Positions 60,601 through 64,000 of a stretch of DNA of 64,000 nucleotides are shown piece after piece. The DNA is from Caecitellus pseudoparvulus (taxonomy: Eukaryota > Protista > Bigyra: Bicosoecida): assembly GCA_965644315.1 (NCBI GenBank), contig CBFFRQ010000095.1, positions 1-64,000 of the forward strand, read 5' to 3'. The translations under genes and the position numbers were made by a program. How positions within the stretch are numbered: position 1 is the stretch's first letter; each line of letters starts with the position of its first letter. A model generated the notes under the pieces. It saw only the letters and a list, made by a program, of their open reading frames with translations. It was not told the DNA's origin and did not search any database.

Positions 60601-61631
60601 ACACTGCTCCTCTCACCAACCGGCTCATCAGCTCGGCCACAAATGACTCCGTGCGCGAGTGCTGCTCTGCGTGGAGTCTGTGCCACCCGAGGCAGTCCCC
60701 TGGCGATGCGAGCCGCTTCAACACGCTTCACGGCCCCAACACTCGCGGCGAGCGCTGTCGCACCCGCACCCACACTCCCTGCCCACTGTTCCACATCCAC
60801 AGCTCCACCAATACCTTCATCCACGATCTCACTCCGCCCACTGTACACACTCAAACCCTTGCCATTCAGGCACCCCAAGCCGCCTGGCAAGTCCAAGCCA
60901 CCCACAGCCCTCACCTTCCGACCACTCATCACCGGCGCACACCCTAATAGGCCACGCAGCTCCTCCACCGCACTCGCTGCACTCTCCAAGTGCACCGCAG
61001 CACTCTCACTCGCCAGCTCGCCAGCCGCCTCGCCCCGCAGCCAACCAGCCTGCTGACGCATGCTCGCCAGAGCCGCATCCGTCGCTACCTCGCCACCAAC
61101 ATCATGCGTGACGGGGTAACTCTCACCAGCTACGTCCACCTCCGCCACTTCAAAGCCTTGCCACCATCGCGTCAGGTCAGCCAGCGCACCCTCCACGTTC
61201 ACACCGCTTCGTACACTGCTCCAAGCACCCACGATGGCGCCCCACAGTGCATGCCCCTCCGGCACCGCATCAACACTCACACCGCTCGCCGCGTGACGCA
61301 GCACATCCACCGCGCAGAAGCACCGGAACGACAGGTACTGCAGCGCAGCACACACACCACCTCGCTCATGCTGCCCCGCCAACAGCCCAGCCTGCTCCAA
61401 CAGCGCACTCCCCGCATCACGCAGTGCAGCCTCCAGCTCCACCAGGCTCATGGCCGTTGGGGTCTCACCTGCTGCGGGCGCTTTGCTGCGCCCGATGGCA
61501 GCCAGTCCTCGCAGTGCTGGGCCGTGGTCCATGACGCTGCCCGGCAAGCACTTCATCTTGCGCAAGCATGCCGCCACCTCCTCAGCCTGCTTGCCGTCGA
61601 CGCCTGCAGTGGCTGTTGCAGGGCCCTCCAT
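57624..61631 (-). CDS. Ankyrin-repeat protein: ~570-aa unknown N-terminal region plus 20 tandem 38-aa ankyrin-like repeats
   Basis: Repeat consensus PEAAFRxACxxGHTDIVRELLxLTGAREVDVHAADxxG. Likely start MEGPATATAG at 61631; the frame is open to 62135. Confidence 0.9.
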   Translation of the reverse strand: MEGPATATAGVDGKQAEEVAACLRKMKCLPGSVMDHGPALRGLAAIGRSKAPAAGETPTAMSLVELEAALRDAGSALLEQAGLLAGQHERGGVCAALQYLSFRCFCAVDVLRHAASGVSVDAVPEGHALWGAIVGAWSSVRSGVNVEGALADLTRWWQGFEVAEVDVAGESYPVTHDVGGEVATDAALASMRQQAGWLRGEAAGELASESAAVHLESAASAVEELRGLLGCAPVMSGRKVRAVGGLDLPGGLGCLNGKGLSVYSGRSEIVDEGIGGAVDVEQWAGSVGAGATALAASVGAVKRVEAARIARGLPRVAQTPRRAALAHGVICGRADEPVGERSSVTLQVQCEEGWPLRVFLEDEAWGDVGLEVKQRVAVRVLGVCAVAEACGVSLSGVGVGSFVVVGVGSGSVGDLVGALDGGGCEVLLSSCGGVWGTGRADGGSFDSEGVLGVLREVLGVGGDALRCGSGVGSLFVGSGEGGEHGLLSALEVLGWGGSGSCMGAYAMAFEEGRGEAGDLSGVESAVRGVLGGEQAAGAAAQTHAAETAEAAAQPNPPVELDIFSAENTVAFVNACKEGRLARVRELLALTGDEAVDVHAADGGGPEAAFRWACRCGHTDIVRDLLALTGAREVDVHVGDGDGPEAAFRWACTNGYTEIVRELLALTGAREVDVHVADVGGSEAAFRGACMMGHTGIVCELLSLTGAREVDVHVADGDGPEAALRDACFCGHTDIVRELLNLTGAREVDVHVGDGDGPEAAFRDACSLGHSGIVRELLSLKGSREVDVHAADAVGPEAAFRGACANGHTDIARELMGLTGAREVDVHAADAVGPEAAFREACVNGHTSVVRELLNLTGARAVNVHVGDGDGPEAAFRGACARGHLDIARELMGLTGVREVDVHAADVGGSEAAFRAACKRGHTDIARELMGLTGAREVDVHAADAVGPEAAFREACVNGHTSVVRELLGLTGARAVNVHVGDGDGPEAAFRGACARGHLDIARELMGLTGVREVDVHAADVGGSEAAFRIACCKGHTGIVCELLALTEVRAVDVHVADDHGPEAAFRGACANGHTDIVRELLDLTGAREVDVHAADGGGPEAAFRRACANGHADVVRELLSLSGSREVDVHAADAVGPEAAFRDACKRGHTDIARELLALTGAREVDVHAVDGDGPEAAFRGGCTYGHTGIVRELLALTGARAVDVNAADGDGPGAAFRGACRGGHLDIARELLGLTGAREVDVHAAARGGPDAAFRGACRWGHTEIVRELLSLTGAREVDVHAADERGPEAAFRWACRNGHTDILGELLALHGDRRISDSMRQEAAKFESLTGLI
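57690..59930 (-). repeat. 114-bp coding tandem repeat x20, including a 342-bp higher-order duplication (units 8-9 nearly identical to 11-12)
   Basis: ctcggaaggcggcctcagg recurs every 114 bp. Shadow ORFs at 58769 and 59111 begin nearly identically, 342 bp apart. Confidence 0.97.
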
Positions 61632-62232
61632 GGCTTGGTCTTTTGCTGCTGCCTGTGGTGTTGAAGAGGAGCAGGGCGCTGTGTGCTGTGGCGTGTGGGC
61701 AACACGCTCTGGTGCAAGTGCTGGCGAAAGCGAGGAGTCATGTCCACACCCACGCACCATGGCGATGGGTGACAGGGGGTCTGACTGGGTGTGGCAGTGC
61801 TGTGTAGCTGGCCCATGTGGGGAGGAGGCAGTGGGCGCGTGTGTTGCGGTGGCGGAGAGGCGTTGTTGCTGTTGACGAGTATGAGGGTGCAACTTCCGCA
61901 CTTGCACCAGTCCACACTCACCTGCCGCGGCCAGGCATGGAGGCAGGGCACCAGTCACAAAGTTGTGCCGGTAATGGTACACACTCAAAGGTGTGTGATT
62001 ATTTTCCAGAGTGCGTCTTTCCCACTCCGGCATCATTGCGTAAGGGACGAGAGTAAACCACTCTTCATCACAATTCACATGCAACAAAGCAATCAAGCCA
62101 ACACAAAATTGTGTGGACACAAACCAGCAACTCACTCCAACTCACCACCGTTCTTGGTGAGCGATTTCACCACTTTCCATCGTTGCGCGGGGTTGCCGGG
62201 GCAGTGGAAGGCGCAGTCTGCCCAACCAGGAC

Positions 62233-63324
62233 ATGGCTTCAGTTTGGCTGGCACGTTCCCTCACGTGAGTGCCTTTCCTTGACTGCACCCACAACACCGC
62301 AGCACCAGGGCGCGAATCTCCTCCATGTTTCCAGCTTGGTGGGCTTGCTGTATGCCGTGTACCGCAGCTTCAAGGTGCTCAAGCAGCCGCCTGGGCCAGG
62401 CCACGATGCCGAGACCAATCGCATGCTCATGTTGTGGTGAGTCGGGGCTTCGGCCGGCAGAATGAGGGCCAGCTTTGCAGCCACTGCGCCCTGTCACATC
62501 CCCCCACAGGGTGACACTTGCCTTCAACTCCATGTTCGAGCAGTACGGCGAGTTCGCCATCAGCTGGTGCGTGCTGCTGCCGTTCCCGAGCAATTTCCGC
62601 ATCGCAACGTGGACACGTTCCCCGCCCTCCTGCAGGGCGCCGTTTTACTATGAGCTCAAGTGCGGCGTTCTAGTGTGGTTGTTGCTTCCACAAAGCAGCG
62701 TGAGTGGCTTTACCGCGCCTTAGGCCTGCGCGGCGCTTGCTCTGCCCGGTTGTCACAAGCTCTTGCCTGGCGCCATCACAGGGACCGGGGTGGGCGTTCA
62801 ACACGCTGGTGCACCCTCTGGTGCAGCACTTGCGCGTGCGACTGCACCGCGACGTGAAGCCAGTTTTCGCTCGCGTCTCTGCAGATGGTCTGGTGGGGTC
62901 GCAGAGCCAGCTGCTGCAGAGCACCATGTCTGGCTTAGGCGTGCAGCAGCTGAAACACGTGGAAGAAGTGCTGGCAGCCCAGGTGCAGGCGCTGATGGCA
63001 GAGCGGGCACGGCGTGCGCAGGGCGGTGCTGTGCCTGGCGCTGCCCTGCTGGCCGAGGCTACTCCGCCGGGGGACGCCCTGCCGCCGCCCAGACCTGCCG
63101 TGCGATCTCGCAGTGCCTCTCTGAGCGAAGCCACGCCTCCTGCCCCAGGAAAGGCTGGGGAGGACACGACTGTGCCTCCACCGCCATTGCCACAACAGGG
63201 GGGCGAGAGCTTTTTCGGAGCTCTGTCCACGGCAGGCAGTCGCCTCGCCTCTGACCTGGGTCTGGCAAGGCCCAGCACCGCTGTGCCGCAGCAAGGCGAG
63301 GCGGAGAGCAAAAAAGACAGGTGA
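62233..63324 (+). CDS. TB2/DP1/HVA22 (REEP/Yop1-like) ER-shaping protein, multi-exon
   Basis: VGLLYAVYRSFKVL, RMLMLW|VTLA, ISW|APFYYELKCGVLVWLLLPQ, G.GWAFNTLVHPL. Confidence 0.88.
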
Positions 63325-63409
63325 ATGCACTTGCTGCGTGCGCTTCGCCACTTCTTTCGCTGCCTGCCACTCACTTACACGCTAGCGACCTACTTGCCAC
63401 ACCGTACAA

Positions 63410-64000
63410 ATGACGAGAGCTGCCTTGGGATGGGCAGTGCTCGCTGCCAGCGTTTGGGCAGCGGCCCTAGAGCCAACTCACATCCATGCTACCGGCCTTG
63501 CAAAGCTCAAGATAGACCCCCACACGTTGCTTTTCACAGATGGGGACAGCCAGGTGCGCAACGGCAGGTGCAGTGCACTTTCCCACCACGCCAACGCTTG
63601 GCTACCTCCCTCCCTGCGCAGATCATCCTGCACGGTTTAGCTGTGGATTTCAACTTCCAATTACCAGTCATGTCAGATGCGGACATGGCCACCATGTCCT
63701 CTTGGGGCCTCACCGTGGCACGCTTGGGCTTTCACTGGCACCTGGCTGAGCCTGCGCCTGGCCAGTGGAACGAGACGTACATGTCTGGCGTGCGGAGCCT
63801 GGTGCAGCGCTTTGGGGAGCACGGCATCCGGGTCATCATGGACATGCACCAGGACAACTGGAGTCCGCTGTTCTGCGGCGGGCACGGCTTGCCCGCCTTC
63901 TACTCGACACCGTACCCGGCCGATCCTGCCTTTTGGGATGGCGGGGCCAAAGCATACCCCTTCCCCTTCGGCACGCCGCAGTACAACAACGACAGCAAGT
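63410..64000 (+). CDS. Glycoside hydrolase family 5 endoglycoceramidase-like protein, 5' part (runs off the window)
   Basis: Signal peptide MTRAALGWAVLAASVWAAA; FTDGDSQ|IILHG; VARLGFHWHLAEPAPGQWNETY; GIRVIMDMHQDNWSPLFCGGHGLP. Confidence 0.9.

Noticed and set aside
59781-61664. His/Thr/Pro-rich plus-strand ORFs
   Set aside because: Shadows of the CA-rich antisense strand of the ankyrin gene.
61632-62135. N-terminal 168 codons of the 1,503-aa ORF
   Set aside because: Begins at a non-ATG codon and reads like UTR/promoter sequence shared with the divergent HVA22 gene; ATG 61631 is preferred.

Overview
Left end of a linear chromosome from a GC-rich, intron-containing unicellular eukaryote with TTAGGG telomeres. 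A heterotrophic stramenopile-like protist is plausible, but the taxon cannot be fixed from the sequence. In order: (1) a ~1.49 kb perfect (TAACCC)n telomere; (2) a ~2.9 kb ORF-bearing element lying between the telomere and a short internal telomeric tract (4410-4473), oriented like chromosome-end-attached retroelements but with no recognisable reverse transcriptase; (3) a giant RNF213/mysterin-like AAA+ gene cut off inside its first AAA module by that tract, so its ORF ends in poly-(Val-Arg); (4) a divergent Hsp70 lacking EEVD; (5) an ~18 kb gene for a ~5,800-aa surface protein with bacterial-type Ig-like repeats, a 975-bp tandem array, EGF, TSP1 and a multi-pass membrane region; (6) a compact housekeeping block (RecQ, Ecdysoneless, PH-fused PP2A B56, FKBP12, a Cys-rich membrane protein, exportin-T, a kinase, a Sel1 protein, a membrane methyltransferase-like protein); (7) a second accessory island with a UTP20 3' pseudogene fragment and a 20-repeat ankyrin protein that varies at its binding-surface positions; (8) an HVA22/REEP gene and the start of a GH5 endoglycoceramidase. 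All family calls come from motif recognition by eye, and exon boundaries are predicted from splice signals. No database search was run.
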